From an uncultured delta proteobacterium (GTDB taxonomy: Bacteria > Myxococcota > B64-G9), in assembly GCA_963754925.1 (NCBI GenBank), contig CAVWHX010000004.1, positions 896,001-960,000 on the forward strand: 64,000 nt of DNA. Reading direction: 5' to 3'. Below the pieces are notes generated by a model. The model did no database searches and had not been told where the DNA came from. It was given only the letters and a program-made list of their open reading frames with translations. A program made the translations under genes and the position numbers. Positions 48,639 through 61,475 of the stretch are shown piece after piece (within the stretch, counting starts at the first letter, position 1; every line of letters starts with the position of its first letter).

Positions 48639-48956
48639 GATTCCTCCTCTAAAAATGTTAATGATTTAACTACTTCCCCCGTTGACCTTTCAACTGGAAC
48701 TCATGGATTACAACTGCACTCACCAACCTAAAAACTCTCGTTGGTATCAGCAGCCACTAAGATTTTTTTACATGGTCCATTCTTTATCTAAACGTGAAAC
48801 TTATGTCAAGAAAGACGACGCCGATCTTGCCATCTAATGCCGATTTTCGTAATAAAATCATGAATGTGTGTTTTTATCGCACACCAAAATTTCGCGGCCT
48901 GAGAATGCCTTAACCTGTATACATGAGGTTTATTATCTTCTGGATCTTTCAGTTAG

Positions 48957-49895
<939 letters not shown>

Positions 49896-49904
49896 CTTAC
49901 GACC

Positions 49905-50363
49905 ATGAGCGACAACCGCAAAAGTAAAGTGTATGCTATCGACCGAGGCACGGTCATCGATCATATTCCTACGCCGATGGCCATCAAGGTGGTGGAGATC
50001 CTCGGCGTTCAGCAACAAGGCATCCTGACGATAGGAATCAATTTTCCCAGCAACAAGCTCGGCCGCAAGGACATCGTCAAAGTCGAGCATCTCATACTTA
50101 CCGCAGAAACGACCGATCGGCTGGCCTTAGTAGCACCGACGGCAACGATCAACATTATCGACAACGGAAAGGTTGTGGAGAAGCGACCCATTCACATTCC
50201 CCGCGAGTTTTCTGGAATCTTGCGCTGCCCTAACCCCAACTGCATCACCAACGTCGAGCACGTAACCAGCCATTTCGTCCGCGAGGGCGAAGGCTCAGCA
50301 TTGGCGGTGCGTTGCTGCTATTGCGAGCGACGTTACAACAAGCCGAGCGGCCTGGTGCTGTAA
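49905..50363 (+). CDS. pyrI: Aspartate carbamoyltransferase regulatory subunit
   Basis: GTVIDHI, KDIVKVE, CPNPNC...CCYCE. Confidence 0.95.
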   Translation: MSDNRKSKVYAIDRGTVIDHIPTPMAIKVVEILGVQQQGILTIGINFPSNKLGRKDIVKVEHLILTAETTDRLALVAPTATINIIDNGKVVEKRPIHIPREFSGILRCPNPNCITNVEHVTSHFVREGEGSALAVRCCYCERRYNKPSGLVL

Positions 50364-50366
50364 GTA

Positions 50367-50852
50367 TTACTTGAGAATGATATCTTTTTTTGCGAGCACA
50401 ACCGGTTTGTTGTCGCTCGCGTAATAGACTTGCAAGACATGTGTCTTGCCGCGCGATTCGACGGAGTCAACGACGATTTTTGACGATAGTGTCGTCTGTC
50501 CCTTCGTCCCAGACACGTCGGCTAGCGCCACTGCTTCTTTTTTATCGTCCAGGACTACGACTCCCATGGATTCACCCGGCAAGGGATGAGAGAAAAACGC
50601 TACAAAGTAGATAACATACTTCCCCTCTTCATCGCGAGTAAACTGGTTTTGATCCTGCGCAGCCATCTTCTTAGGCAACGCTTTTGGCTTGTCGGGAACG
50701 TCGATTTCCTTAGAGCTGGTAATGATCTTACCCTTCAGGGCGGCGGGAACGACACCGGGAACCTCTTGAGCAAGAACCAAGGACGATAAAGACAGTATGC
50801 CAATCAGAATACCTACCCACCGAGACCCCTGGGTTTTCGAAGGCATCATCAT
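50367..50852 (-). CDS. Hypothetical exported protein
   Basis: GGAGG RBS, signal peptide, beta-rich mature region. Confidence 0.6.
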   Translation of the reverse strand: MMMPSKTQGSRWVGILIGILSLSSLVLAQEVPGVVPAALKGKIITSSKEIDVPDKPKALPKKMAAQDQNQFTRDEEGKYVIYFVAFFSHPLPGESMGVVVLDDKKEAVALADVSGTKGQTTLSSKIVVDSVESRGKTHVLQVYYASDNKPVVLAKKDIILK

Positions 50853-50923
50853 CCAACCTCCTGCACGGGTCCGCGTAAGCCGGACTTCACACCTGAATCA
50901 CAACGCGGCTACCTCTTTTATTA

Positions 50924-50952
50924 ATGTTATCGTTTATCGTTGTTTTTGTCAA
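50924..50952 (-). promoter_or_regulatory. Candidate sigma70 promoter
   Basis: TTGACA-N17-TAACAT on the minus strand; a divergent TTGACA at 51006. Confidence 0.45.
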
Positions 50953-51051
50953 ATGCGCCCTGCACAGGTTGCCGCAGGTACTCGGATGACTCCGCGAAAA
51001 ATCCGTTGACAGCGTAAAATCTTGAATGGTACGGGGTAAAAAAGCAGTTCC

Positions 51052-51603
51052 GTGATTGAATGGTTTATTTTGGAGAGAGTAAAATTCATCGCTGGTTTTG
51101 TTTTGGTAATCGCCGCCATTATCAACCTTTTTGGCGGAGCGCTCTACACCTTCACCGGCGAGAGCAATAAAGCCATAACCACGCCGGACAATGCTCCCGT
51201 GGATAGTTCAAAAGATGAGGCCGCCACACAACCTTCACTAACACCTGAAACTGCCCCTCACCGCACCGCCGGCGATGGCGCCATCAGTGAGTCAAACAAT
51301 TCTCCGGAGATCGCTTTCAAAGACAAGCTCTGGCTTGCGGTTGGCTTTTGGTTTGGGCTCTTTCTATTGGTTATGTTTGTGTCACAAATTATCGCGGCGG
51401 TTATGTTGTTGTTATCCCGATCGAGAAAATTTGTGATGTGGGTAGGCATTCTCAGCCTCCCAACCGAGATTATTGGCATCTACTTCTTTTCATTTAACCT
51501 ATTACGTAATGGCTTTGGTATCCTGGCCAGCATTCTTGCCATAGTGGGCGCAACCTTGATCAACGAGCCTCAGGACGCTTCGCCAGCGGCCAAAGCCCCG
51601 TGA
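51052..51603 (+). CDS. Hypothetical membrane protein (about 4 TM)
   Basis: Four hydrophobic segments with a polar loop. Confidence 0.6.
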   Translation: MIEWFILERVKFIAGFVLVIAAIINLFGGALYTFTGESNKAITTPDNAPVDSSKDEAATQPSLTPETAPHRTAGDGAISESNNSPEIAFKDKLWLAVGFWFGLFLLVMFVSQIIAAVMLLLSRSRKFVMWVGILSLPTEIIGIYFFSFNLLRNGFGILASILAIVGATLINEPQDASPAAKAP

Positions 51604-51610
51604 TTTTCTT

Positions 51611-52940
51611 TTGACTACGAGCCATCCTTCGGCGTCTCCTATCGCGCGCACCGTAAGCCGTCAAGCGGACACGGTTGTCGATATGGTGCGCTGGCTCGAA
51701 CGCGAGGTACGGCGTGGCTCCCCCTTGGACGTGCAACTGGCGCAGTACTTTCGCGCTCATTCTGAATACGGCGGCCGCGACCGACGCTTTTATTCCGAGA
51801 CCATGTTCTCATACTTCCGCTGGCGTGGCTGGCTCATCGAACAAGCTCACTGCGGCCCGGACGCGGCCTGTGCGTTAGCATACTTAATGGATGCACCGGA
51901 AACGCTGCCGGTGGTTGAAGAGCTGGCTCGACGTGGTGGTCTGGCTGGCAAACCATTGCGCCCGCTGGGGACAGTGACGCCGCAACAAAAGTCGGAGGCG
52001 GTCGCTGCATGGCTCAGCGCTGAAGGGAACTTTTCGCTTGAGGCGCTCGTCCCCCACTGGGTTATCAATGAGCTTGGTTTTCCCGGCGGCGGGAACCGAT
52101 CCCTCGAGCTTGGACGTTGCCTGGAGAGTTTTCAATCGCGTCCGCCCACGTGGTTGCGGGTGCGGAAACAGAGCATAAGGAATTTTTGCCAGGCTCTTGC
52201 CACTCTTAAATTAAACGTTAACACCGCATCAAAATCTCGGCCTCGCATTTGCCCTCACTGGTCCGCGCGACCTGGCGCCGCTACGCGCACGGGGAAGCGC
52301 ACTATTCGAGGTACAGGATCTTGCTTCTCAGGCCGTCGGCGTCGTCTGCGCCCCACAATCAGACCAACGCTGGTGGGATGCCTGTGCCGGAGCAGGTGGG
52401 AAGACCCTGCAGCTTGCCGATCTGGCCGAGGATCGCGCCGTGATCCTTGCAAGTGACCTACGTCATAGCGCGCTTTTGCAGCTACGGCGTCGGGCTCATC
52501 GCTGCCGCCTGCGTTCGATCACCACGCACGTCCTCGATGCAACGGCGGCCGACCTGACCGCGGAGACTTTTGACGGGGTGCTCGTCGATGCGCCCTGCAG
52601 CGGCATCGGCACCTGGTCAAGAAACCCCGACGCCCGTTGGCGGATTGATCAGACCGAGGTAGCTACCAAGGCCCGGTTGCAACAGAAGATTCTGTTGCAG
52701 GCGGCCCATTCCGTTCGACCGGGCGGTGTGTTGGTCTATGCGGTCTGTACGTTGACCCGCGCCGAGACCAGCAACGTGATTGCCCGCTTTTTGGAAACGC
52801 AACGTTCCTTTTATCTCGAACCTACCCGACACCCCATCACGGGCGTTGCTACCAATGGAGAGATCTGGTGCTGGCCCTGGGAGGGTCCGGCGGATGGGAT
52901 GTATATCGCCAGGATGCGTCGACGCACGCTGTCTCAGTAA
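51611..52940 (+). CDS. RsmB/NOL1/NOP2-family RNA m5C methyltransferase, frameshifted near 52220
   Basis: GGRDRR in the first frame; shifted frame reads FEVQDLASQ, WWDACAGAGGKT, VDAPCSGIG, YAVCT. Confidence 0.85.
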
Positions 52941-52943
52941 TCA

Positions 52944-54446
52944 TCATTTTTCAATATTAACTTCAACGGTAATCTTACGGTCGGCGTCGGCGAGCGCCAA
53001 GGCAGTAGCAAAGCGGTCGATGAGATCACGCATATCGGTATAGCTGCAACCAAAACGCGCTATCAACAGCGAAAAAACAAATACTTCTTTGCCGCGCGAG
53101 AATACATACCCTGCCAGCGTGCGTACATTCCAGAGGGCGCCGGTTTTAAGTCGCATCGAGCGGATGAGCAACGGGTGGGTGAAGTGACCTGCCACGGTCC
53201 CGTCGGCCCCCGCCACGGCCAACGAGGCAAGAAAATCCGGTTGTACGTCGTGACGGTTCCACATATAGCGCAGCAGAGCCACAACCTGCGAGCTGGTCAC
53301 CCGGTTGGTGTCGTTAAGCCCGGAACCGTTGTGCAACACGTACGAACCGATCGGGATGCCGACTTCCTCGAGAAAAGAATTCATCACCTGCTGGCCTTTC
53401 CACCAGGAGCCAGGCGGGTCAAAAAATTCGGCACCGAGGGTCTTCCACAATTGCTCGGCCATGAAATTCTGGCTGCGTTTATTGACCGTGCGCGCGAGTT
53501 CCCCCAAACTTTCCGAAAACAGCGTGTAGTATGGCTCGATGCCGACCGGCACCGTACCGCGTTGCACCGGGCCTACAATGAGGACACCTTGATTTTTCAG
53601 CAGCTCGCGAAACGTGTAACCAGTATACAAGGCGGGGTGAATTATCCTGCAGAAATCGCGGGTCGTCTCCTCGGCGGGGTTGATTCGGCCCGTAACCGTA
53701 ATCCGAGAGCGACTGCCGAACGGTTCGACTACCGCCCGCAAGCTTGTCGATAGGGGTCGCGTGGTCACGTTATTGACGAGAGCGAGGTAATCGGAGTTGG
53801 GAAATAATTCCACCCGGGCCGGCTCCCCCGGCTTATGCCCGGGGTACGCGAAAATCGACACCGCGTTAAAATTCAAACTCACGGCGCTGGTCGGGGCCAT
53901 ATAGGCATGGGAGCTATCGTCCTGGCGCCAACCTGGTCCTGCCGCGATATCATCAAAGAAGCTGTCGTCCACGACCAACGGTCCGTCAACCTGCTTTAAA
54001 CCCAAGGCGCGTAGCTCCATGGCCAGCTCGAGCAGCTTTTCGGTCACCAAGAACGGATCACCGTACCCTTTGAGATAGATCGGACCTTTTACCGCGCCGT
54101 CGATAGGTTTGTCGGCGAGATAGATTTCGGTCTTGAAACGGTAGTCCGGATGCAGCAGGCTCAACGCCGCCGCCGTGGTGAAGATCTTCGATACCGACGC
54201 CGGATTTACCAACGCATCGGGTTGATGGGCAAAGACGGTCTGGCCGGTGGTGAGGCTGTCTACCCGTGCTGAGATCACAGCGCCCTGCAACCGTGGGTCC
54301 GTTATCACTGCTTGCAGCTCATTCGTTAACCACCGGCCCTCGCCCGGCGGCGCCGATTCTTGATCCTTGACGGCCAGCGCCGGCGTTTGAGCGCCGGTGA
54401 ACCGGGAGCAGCATAGAAATATGATTACATATAAGAACCGTTTCAT
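52944..54446 (-). CDS. dacB: D-Ala-D-Ala carboxypeptidase/endopeptidase PBP4 (S13)
   Basis: PASVSK (SxxK), GYGDP, SQN (SxN), GSGL, KTG. Confidence 0.92.
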   Translation of the reverse strand: MKRFLYVIIFLCCSRFTGAQTPALAVKDQESAPPGEGRWLTNELQAVITDPRLQGAVISARVDSLTTGQTVFAHQPDALVNPASVSKIFTTAAALSLLHPDYRFKTEIYLADKPIDGAVKGPIYLKGYGDPFLVTEKLLELAMELRALGLKQVDGPLVVDDSFFDDIAAGPGWRQDDSSHAYMAPTSAVSLNFNAVSIFAYPGHKPGEPARVELFPNSDYLALVNNVTTRPLSTSLRAVVEPFGSRSRITVTGRINPAEETTRDFCRIIHPALYTGYTFRELLKNQGVLIVGPVQRGTVPVGIEPYYTLFSESLGELARTVNKRSQNFMAEQLWKTLGAEFFDPPGSWWKGQQVMNSFLEEVGIPIGSYVLHNGSGLNDTNRVTSSQVVALLRYMWNRHDVQPDFLASLAVAGADGTVAGHFTHPLLIRSMRLKTGALWNVRTLAGYVFSRGKEVFVFSLLIARFGCSYTDMRDLIDRFATALALADADRKITVEVNIEK

Positions 54447-54578
54447 CGTATTCTCGAAACCACTTGGCAGTATCACACCAGCCCGGTAAACTACGGCTGA
54501 TGAGGGTAAGGCTAACACAGTAACCAAAAGGGTCAACAACGCGTCTACATGCCTGTGCACCGGCAGCGGTGATACCTG

Positions 54579-55658
54579 ATGCAGAAGCTGGATCAACAGA
54601 TAGCTCGCCTGTTCGTGGTTGGGTTTGATGGAACGCAACCCGACCCGACCTTGGGCGCGCTTTTACAGAACGGCCTCGGCGGCGTGATCCTCTTTTCCCG
54701 CAACCTGCCCGATGTGGATACCGCCCTCGATCTCAACCGGCAGCTCATGGAGCACGCACAGGGTCCGTTTCTGCTTTGTCTCGATCAAGAGGGCGGTCGC
54801 GTCCAGCGCCTTCCTCCCCCGATTCTGCAATTGCCGCCCATGCGGTTTCTGGGGGAGAGGGGCGACGTAGCTCTATGCCGGACGACGGGAAAGCAGCTCG
54901 GTGCAGAACTTGCCGCGGCCGGCTTTCATATGAATCTCGCTCCGGTCTTGGACGTCGATTCAAACCCCCAAAACCCCGTGATCGGCGACCGGGCTTTCGG
55001 AAAGTCTCCCGATATCGTCGCCGCGCTCGGAGTAGCTTTTGGTTTAGGCTTGCAGGAGAGCGGCGTCGCTAGTTGCGCCAAACATTTTCCTGGACACGGT
55101 GACACCTCCCAGGACAGTCATCTTACCTTGCCAGATTTGGACGTTGATATCTCACGACTTCACGAACAGGAGTTGTTGCCTTTCAAAGTGGCGGTGGAGG
55201 CCGGCATCGCCGCTTTCATGATGGCCCATCTTCGCGTCGCCGCGCTGGATCCTTCTCAAGCGTGCTCGCTATCCGAAAGCGCATACCGGCTTGCTCGCGT
55301 GGAGGTCGGTTTCGCAGGTCCCATACTGACTGATGATCTCGAAATGAAGGCGGTCGCCGATGATCCCGGTGTGATGAAAGCGGCGCTCAGGGCAATCGCG
55401 GCCGGTGCGGATGCGGTGCTGATATGCAATCATCCAGATGTGGCTGCCTCAGCAATCCAAGAGATCACTGCAGCCGTCGAGCGCGGCGAGCTACCCCGGG
55501 GGAGAATCGAGCAGGCCAATCATCGACTCGACCGATTGCACCGCGCCTATGCATTCGATAAGCGCCGTCCCGATCCCGCAAAGCTGAGCGAATTAATCAA
55601 CAGTTCTTACCGACGCACGCTCGAACAGCGCCTCGCAACGCTCGCTCCCGTGACGTAA
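54579..55658 (+). CDS. nagZ: Beta-N-acetylhexosaminidase (GH3)
   Basis: GVILFSRN, DQEGGRVQR, APVLDV, KHFPGHGD...DSH, TDDLEM. Confidence 0.93.
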   Translation: MQKLDQQIARLFVVGFDGTQPDPTLGALLQNGLGGVILFSRNLPDVDTALDLNRQLMEHAQGPFLLCLDQEGGRVQRLPPPILQLPPMRFLGERGDVALCRTTGKQLGAELAAAGFHMNLAPVLDVDSNPQNPVIGDRAFGKSPDIVAALGVAFGLGLQESGVASCAKHFPGHGDTSQDSHLTLPDLDVDISRLHEQELLPFKVAVEAGIAAFMMAHLRVAALDPSQACSLSESAYRLARVEVGFAGPILTDDLEMKAVADDPGVMKAALRAIAAGADAVLICNHPDVAASAIQEITAAVERGELPRGRIEQANHRLDRLHRAYAFDKRRPDPAKLSELINSSYRRTLEQRLATLAPVT

Positions 55659-55729
55659 CGTGATAGTGGTAATGACTCGGTGAAGGACACTATACCCGTC
55701 GTAGAGGTATTCCCATTACAGTCAATTAG

Positions 55730-56482
55730 TTAACTATCCGTTTTTAGCGTCGATACTGTTTCGATCTCTGTCTTTTCCGGTGGAGGGGTTGAGATAGCAG
55801 CGTCGACCGGTTCGCGTGATGGCGGATTCGAGGAAGGAGCGCCGAGCATACGTTCGAGGCTCGCAATCTTTTCAAGGGCGAGATCGAGCTTGCTCTTCGT
55901 TATCCGGTAGACCTGTGCGTCGGTTCGGGTCTTCTTGCGAGCCTGTTCGAGCTTTTCCTGCAGAGCGGCCGCCTCCGTCTCGAGTTTCTTGTGGCGTTCT
56001 GATTCACCGCGCTCGGCCTTGAGCGCATCCTCGTGGCGCGCTTTCAGGGCTTGTTTGGCCATCGCGAGCTCTCCCTTGAGCTTCTCCAGTTGCTCAAGTG
56101 AGTAATTTTTCTCTTCGTTCGCTCGCGCCGCCGCCGCCAAAGCCTGGTGGGCCTGTGCACGGGTCTCTAACAGAATGTCGTCGTCCTGCGGCGTGACGGC
56201 CGGGGGAACGGTCGCTTTTTCTTTGTCTTGCTGCTCGAGTTCAAAAGCCCTCTTCTTGGCCTTTTTGGCTTCCTCGCGAAACCGGTCGAGTTTGCTCCGT
56301 ATCTCGTCAGCCTCTTTAGACTTTGTTTCGAGCTGCATTCGAAACTCGCGCAGCCGCTGTTCGCTCTCGGCAAGCCGTGCGGATAATTCCGAGAGCGCCT
56401 TACTGCTCCGAGCGTTGGTCATCGCCAGAATCACCACAGCCGCCAGGCACAGTACCGCTACCACAATCAGAATGGCTTCCAT
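55730..56482 (-). CDS. Membrane-anchored coiled-coil hypothetical protein
   Basis: N-terminal TM helix followed by E/K/A/R-rich heptads; GGAGG RBS. Confidence 0.65.
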   Translation of the reverse strand: MEAILIVVAVLCLAAVVILAMTNARSSKALSELSARLAESEQRLREFRMQLETKSKEADEIRSKLDRFREEAKKAKKRAFELEQQDKEKATVPPAVTPQDDDILLETRAQAHQALAAAARANEEKNYSLEQLEKLKGELAMAKQALKARHEDALKAERGESERHKKLETEAAALQEKLEQARKKTRTDAQVYRITKSKLDLALEKIASLERMLGAPSSNPPSREPVDAAISTPPPEKTEIETVSTLKTDS

Positions 56483-56671
56483 CTTCGGCGACCTCCTGAT
56501 GGAGGGCTGTTAAGATAACGACCAGTCGAGGCACACGCTAGCATACTTCCCCTCAAAGATAAAAGAGGTCTGTGTCCAACCTCCCGTGGGAGTTGACAGG
56601 GCGACCAGGCTTTGAAATGGTGGGTCCAGACACGCGTGGTGTCCGAGCGGTTTTTGGCCAGGAGGTGGATT

Positions 56672-59651
56672 TTGGCCCATCGGGTGGAGATTGGGCTGTT
56701 AGATAGCATGCGGGATGCAGCCGGCGAAAAACTCGTGCGCCGCATACACTCTGAACTGGGTATCGAGGTTGGTCGGGCGCGCTGCATCGACGTTTATACG
56801 ATTGCGGCCGATTTGAGTGCGGCCGAGCTTGAGCTGGTTGCGAACTCGGTCCTTCGCGATCCCATCATTCAGCAGGTGACCATCGATCAACCGCTGGCCG
56901 GTCCTTTCGATTGGGCGATCGAGGTGGGTCTGCGCCCGGGAGTCACCGACAACGTCGGCCGCACCGCGCGCGAGGTGATCGCGCTCGCGCTCGATCGACC
57001 CTTTTCGGAAGATGAGGGCGTCTACACCTCCCATCAATACCGCTTCAGCGGGCGTCTTACCCAGGGCCAGGTTGAGCACATCGCCGAAAAGTTGCTGGCC
57101 AACGCTTTGATCCAGCACTGGCGCGCTCTTGACGCCACACACTTCGCTCGTGAAAGCGGCTTTACCCCGATAGTACCGCGCGTGTTAGGGATCGGTCGCC
57201 GGCCGGTCGAGGCGCTTTCGCTCGAAGGCAGCGACAGCGAACTCGATTTTCTCAGCCGCTCGCGAGTCCTGGCGCTCAATCTCAACGAGCTGCACGCCAT
57301 CTGTGATTACTATCGCCGTCCCGACGTGCGCGCCGCCCGAAAGCAGGAGAATCTGCCGCTCGATCCCACCGATGTCGAGATCGAGGCCCTGGCGCAGACG
57401 TGGTCCGAGCACTGCAAACACAAGATCTTCAATGCCCGCATTCGGTATCACGAGGATGACCGGCCGGTTGAAGAGATCGATTCATTGTTCGACACCTATA
57501 TCCGCGGATTGACCGAGCGCGTACGCGCAGCCAAAGGCGCTGCCGATCTGTGTCTAAGCGTTTTTTCTGACAACGCCGGGGTCATCCGTTTCAATCGCGA
57601 TTGGAGCCTGGTGTTCAAGGTTGAGACTCACAACAGTCCCTCTGCGCTCGATCCCTATGGCGGTGCGCTGACCGGCATCGTTGGAGTCAACCGCGATCCG
57701 CTCGGCACCGGCATGGGAGCGCGTTTGATCTTCAACACCGATGTGTTCTGCTTGGCCGATCCGAACCGCACCGTAACGATCCCGCGCGGTCTGTTGCATC
57801 CGCGCCGCATTCTTGAGGGGGTCCGCGAAGGAGTTGAGCACGGCGGCAACAAGAGCGGCATTCCCACCATCAACGGATCGCTTTCATTCGACGAGCGTTT
57901 CCTGGGCAAGCCGTTGGTGTTTTGCGGAACGGCCGGCCTGCTCCCGGCCCTGGTAAACGGTAAGCCCGGTTACCAGAAGGAAGTTAAACCGGGCGATCGT
58001 ATTATCATGGTCGGCGGGCGGATCGGCAAAGATGGCATTCACGGTGCGACCTTTTCTAGCGAGGAGCTCCATGAGGGTTCGCCGGTCAGCGCCGTTCAGA
58101 TTGGCGATCCGATCACTCAAAAACGTATGACCGATTTTTTATTGTGCGCGCGCGATCAGGGTTTGTACCGCGCATTGACCGACAACGGCGCCGGTGGATT
58201 GAGCTCGTCGGTCGGCGAAATGGCCCAAGGACCGGGCGGTTGCGAATTGGATCTGACAAACGCGCCTCTTAAAGTACGCCGGACTTTCCGCGTGGGAGAT
58301 CCTCCTGAGTGAAGCGCAGGAACGCATGACCGTCGCCGTACCGCCGGATCGGCTTTCCGTATTCATGGCGCTTGCGAAACGGTACCAGGTCGAAGCGACC
58401 GACCTCGGTGGTTTCACAAATAGTGGATTTTTCCGGGTCTATGACCAAGGTCAAATGGTAGCTTCGTTGCAGATGGAGTTTCTCCATCACGGCCTGCCGC
58501 AGCTTCTGCTCAACGCGCGTTTTTCCTCGCCAGCCCAAACAGAAGCGGCGCTGGACGCGCCCGCTGCCATGGCGTCAGTGCTGCGGGGGATGCTCTCGAG
58601 GCTCAATATTTGTTCAAAGGCCTATTGGGTGCGTCAATACGATCACGAGGTCCAGGCCGGCACGGTGATTAAACCGCTCGCCGGGGCGCGCGATGATGGA
58701 CCTTCGGATGCGTCCGTGTTTCGACCGCTGCTCGACTCTTTCGAGGCCGTCGCCGTCAGCCACGGGATCTGTCCACGGTACAGCGACCGAGATACCTATA
58801 ACATGGCAGCCTGCGCCGTGGATGAAGCGGTTCGCAACGCCCTGTGTGTCGGCGCCGACCCCGATCGTCTGGCCGGCCTCGACAACTTTTGCTGGTGCGA
58901 TCCCATCCAGAGTCCGACTAATCCTGACGGCGAATTCAAGCTTGGACAACTCGTGCGGGCCGCGCGCGGACTATACGACACGTGTATCGCGTACGGCATC
59001 CCGTGCATATCGGGAAAAGACAGCATGAAGAACGACGCGGTGATCGAGGGACGTCGCATCTCGATACCGCCCACGTTGTTGTTTTCGCTCCTTGGTAAGC
59101 TCGACGACGCCCGTCAGGCGGTGTCGATGGATGTGAAGGCACCGGACGATCTGGTTTATGTGCTCGGATTGACCCGTCCCGAGCTTGGCGCGTCGGAATA
59201 CTATCAGTACCGTGGCGTAAGCGGCGGCATCGCGCCCAAGGTGAGGGTCACGGAAACGCGGCCTTTGTACCAAGCGCTCCATCGAGCGATTCGAGACGGT
59301 CAGGTCGCCTCGTGCCATGACTGTTCGGACGGCGGGTTGGCAGTGGCGCTGGCCGAAAGCGCTTTTGCTGGCGATTTCGGCCTACGCGTTGACCTACGGC
59401 TGGTGCCTAGGGTTGATATCGATCGCAACGACCGCTGTCTGTTTTCCGAAAGCCCGGGACGATTCGTGGTTACGGTGAAGCCCGAACACACCAAAGCGTT
59501 TGAACGGCACTTGTTTGGATGCGCCTCGGCCCGGGTGGGTGTCGTTACCGATGAGCAGCGATTAAGCGTGATCGGTGTTGGCGGTGATACGATTCTCGCG
59601 GAGCCGCTTGAGGAGTTGCGGCAAGCATGGGTCAAGCCATTAGATTATTAG
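56672..59651 (+). CDS. purL: Phosphoribosylformylglycinamidine synthase PurL, frameshifted near 58272
   Basis: AGGAGG plus TTG start; PGVTDN, QTWSEHCKH, KVETHNSP, GIHGATFSS, DNGAGG | ILLSEAQERM, QYDHEVQ, DNFCW, ISGKDS, HDCSDGG. Confidence 0.93.
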
Positions 59652-59670
59652 AACGGTAAGGAGAAAACCT

Positions 59671-60495
59671 ATGGCCTTAGTTAAGGCCCTGGTACTGAGC
59701 GGCAACGGTATTAACTGCGAACGTGAAACCGCTTTCGCCTGCCAGGCTGCGGGCGCCGATCACGTAGAGATAGTACCGATCTGGAACCTCTTGGCTGGCG
59801 AGAAACACATACACGATTATAACCTGTTGTGTCTTCCCGGTGGATTCATGGATGGCGACGATCTGGGATCGGCGCGCGCTGCCGCCAATTATTTTCGATA
59901 TGCGCGTATTGCCGGAACCAACCGACGGCTCTGGGACGATCTGAAGGACTTCATCGCGGCGGGCAAGCTGGTATTTGGGATCTGCAACGGTTTTCAGCTG
60001 CTCGTTAAGTTAGGTATTCTCCCCGGGATCGACCCGCGGTCAGTAGACCAAAGCGTCACGTTGACTAACAATGACTCGGGGCGGTTCGAGGATCGTTGGG
60101 TAGAGCTGGCGGCCGATCCGCAGAGCGTGTGCATTTTCACCGGCGGCCTTTCGCGCCTTCCGGCTCCGGTTCGCCACGGAGAGGGAAAACTCGTTGCGCC
60201 CTCAGAAGTTCTCACAACGCTTTCAGGGCGACACTTGATCCCGTTACGCTATGCCGATCCGGCGACGGGCAATCCCACGATGAGCTACCCAGCTAACCCC
60301 AATGGATCTCCCGACGGAATCGCGGCACTCTGCAGCCCGTCGGGACGGGTGTTCGGGATGATGCCGCATCCCGAGTGCTTCTTGCACCGCACCCACCATC
60401 CGCGCTGGACGCGACTGCAAAAACTTCCCGATGAGGGCCTGGGCTTGCGGCTCTTTCGAAACGCGGTAGAGTTCTTGCGTAATAATACAAACTAG
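59671..60495 (+). CDS. purQ: FGAM synthase glutaminase subunit
   Basis: GINCERE, LPGGF, GICNGFQ, HGEG, NPNGS, MPHPE. Confidence 0.95.
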   Translation: MALVKALVLSGNGINCERETAFACQAAGADHVEIVPIWNLLAGEKHIHDYNLLCLPGGFMDGDDLGSARAAANYFRYARIAGTNRRLWDDLKDFIAAGKLVFGICNGFQLLVKLGILPGIDPRSVDQSVTLTNNDSGRFEDRWVELAADPQSVCIFTGGLSRLPAPVRHGEGKLVAPSEVLTTLSGRHLIPLRYADPATGNPTMSYPANPNGSPDGIAALCSPSGRVFGMMPHPECFLHRTHHPRWTRLQKLPDEGLGLRLFRNAVEFLRNNTN

Positions 60496-60557
60496 ACTCT
60501 ATAGAGTCATCCCCGCGAAACGAAAAGATCTACTCAGTTATCTTTAAGCCACCAACA

Positions 60558-61475
60558 TTAACCGGCCGTTTTTGAGGCTACCGCGATGATATTGGCTGTC
60601 CAGTCTGGCCGCTCAACAGCAGGATCGTCAACCTCCGGCTCGGCGATATACAGCTCTGATCCGGGAAGGAGCCGGTGAAGAGTCTCTCCGTGCTTGCGGC
60701 TGGCTTCGTGGTTATCGTGTGCATTGGTGTATACCAGCCTCAACATCAACGCTGGCCTCTTCTCTCGCAGGCGTCGGATGACGGCCGTAACCTCGCGATT
60801 GAAGACCGGTCCGATGGTCTGAGCCAGGATGCTCACGGTGCGCCTGGTTAGCTCCAGGCTGGCAAACCGACGCTCCATATAGCGGATTTCTTGCTGAGAA
60901 ACCAAATCTGACCGTTTCTTCGGGAGTAACGCCATGGTTGCCCGGTGCGGGTCTTTAAAACATCGATGAGCAAATAGTCTCAAAGCAAAACGGCGCGACA
61001 ACCATGCCCCCCGCAGCCGTCGCGTCAGTGGATGTTGCAACGATGATCCGAGGACCACAACCGCGGTAAGCGCCTCCGGCTGCGAAACCGCTAGATCTAA
61101 TGCGGCGATTCCACATTCAGCCTGGCCGACCATCACCGGTCGGTTGATGCCGAGCGCTATGATGAGCGCGAGAATAGACTGAGCGAGTTTCTCGGGAAGG
61201 ACATCCGTTGGCTCGTCGATCAGATCCAGAACCTCCGGAACGAACACGCGGTGTTCCCGTTGCAGGGGGTATATCAAGTTTCGAAACGAAAAGATCGAGG
61301 CCCACGGTCCATGCAGTAACACCAACGGTCTTCCCTGGCCGGCCTCCCTAAAACGCACCACACGACCCTGACCCGCGGGAGCGGCACCGGGTAGCAACAG
61401 TTTCTGCTCTTGCAGAACCAGGAGGGGATGTTCCTCGGCGGGAAGCTCAGGGATGTCGGCCAGAAAGGCGCGCAT
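60558..61475 (-). CDS. Alpha/beta-hydrolase-fold protein with degenerate catalytic motifs
   Basis: EAGQGRPLVLLHG; GQAECG at the nucleophile elbow; DDPAVERP at the His position. Confidence 0.65.
   Translation of the reverse strand: MRAFLADIPELPAEEHPLLVLQEQKLLLPGAAPAGQGRVVRFREAGQGRPLVLLHGPWASIFSFRNLIYPLQREHRVFVPEVLDLIDEPTDVLPEKLAQSILALIIALGINRPVMVGQAECGIAALDLAVSQPEALTAVVVLGSSLQHPLTRRLRGAWLSRRFALRLFAHRCFKDPHRATMALLPKKRSDLVSQQEIRYMERRFASLELTRRTVSILAQTIGPVFNREVTAVIRRLREKRPALMLRLVYTNAHDNHEASRKHGETLHRLLPGSELYIAEPEVDDPAVERPDWTANIIAVASKTAG

Noticed and set aside
60495..60522. GACTCTATAGAGTC palindrome with a GTCATCCCCGCGAAA REP-like half site
   Set aside because: Single and incomplete; may be only a weak terminator or a relic.
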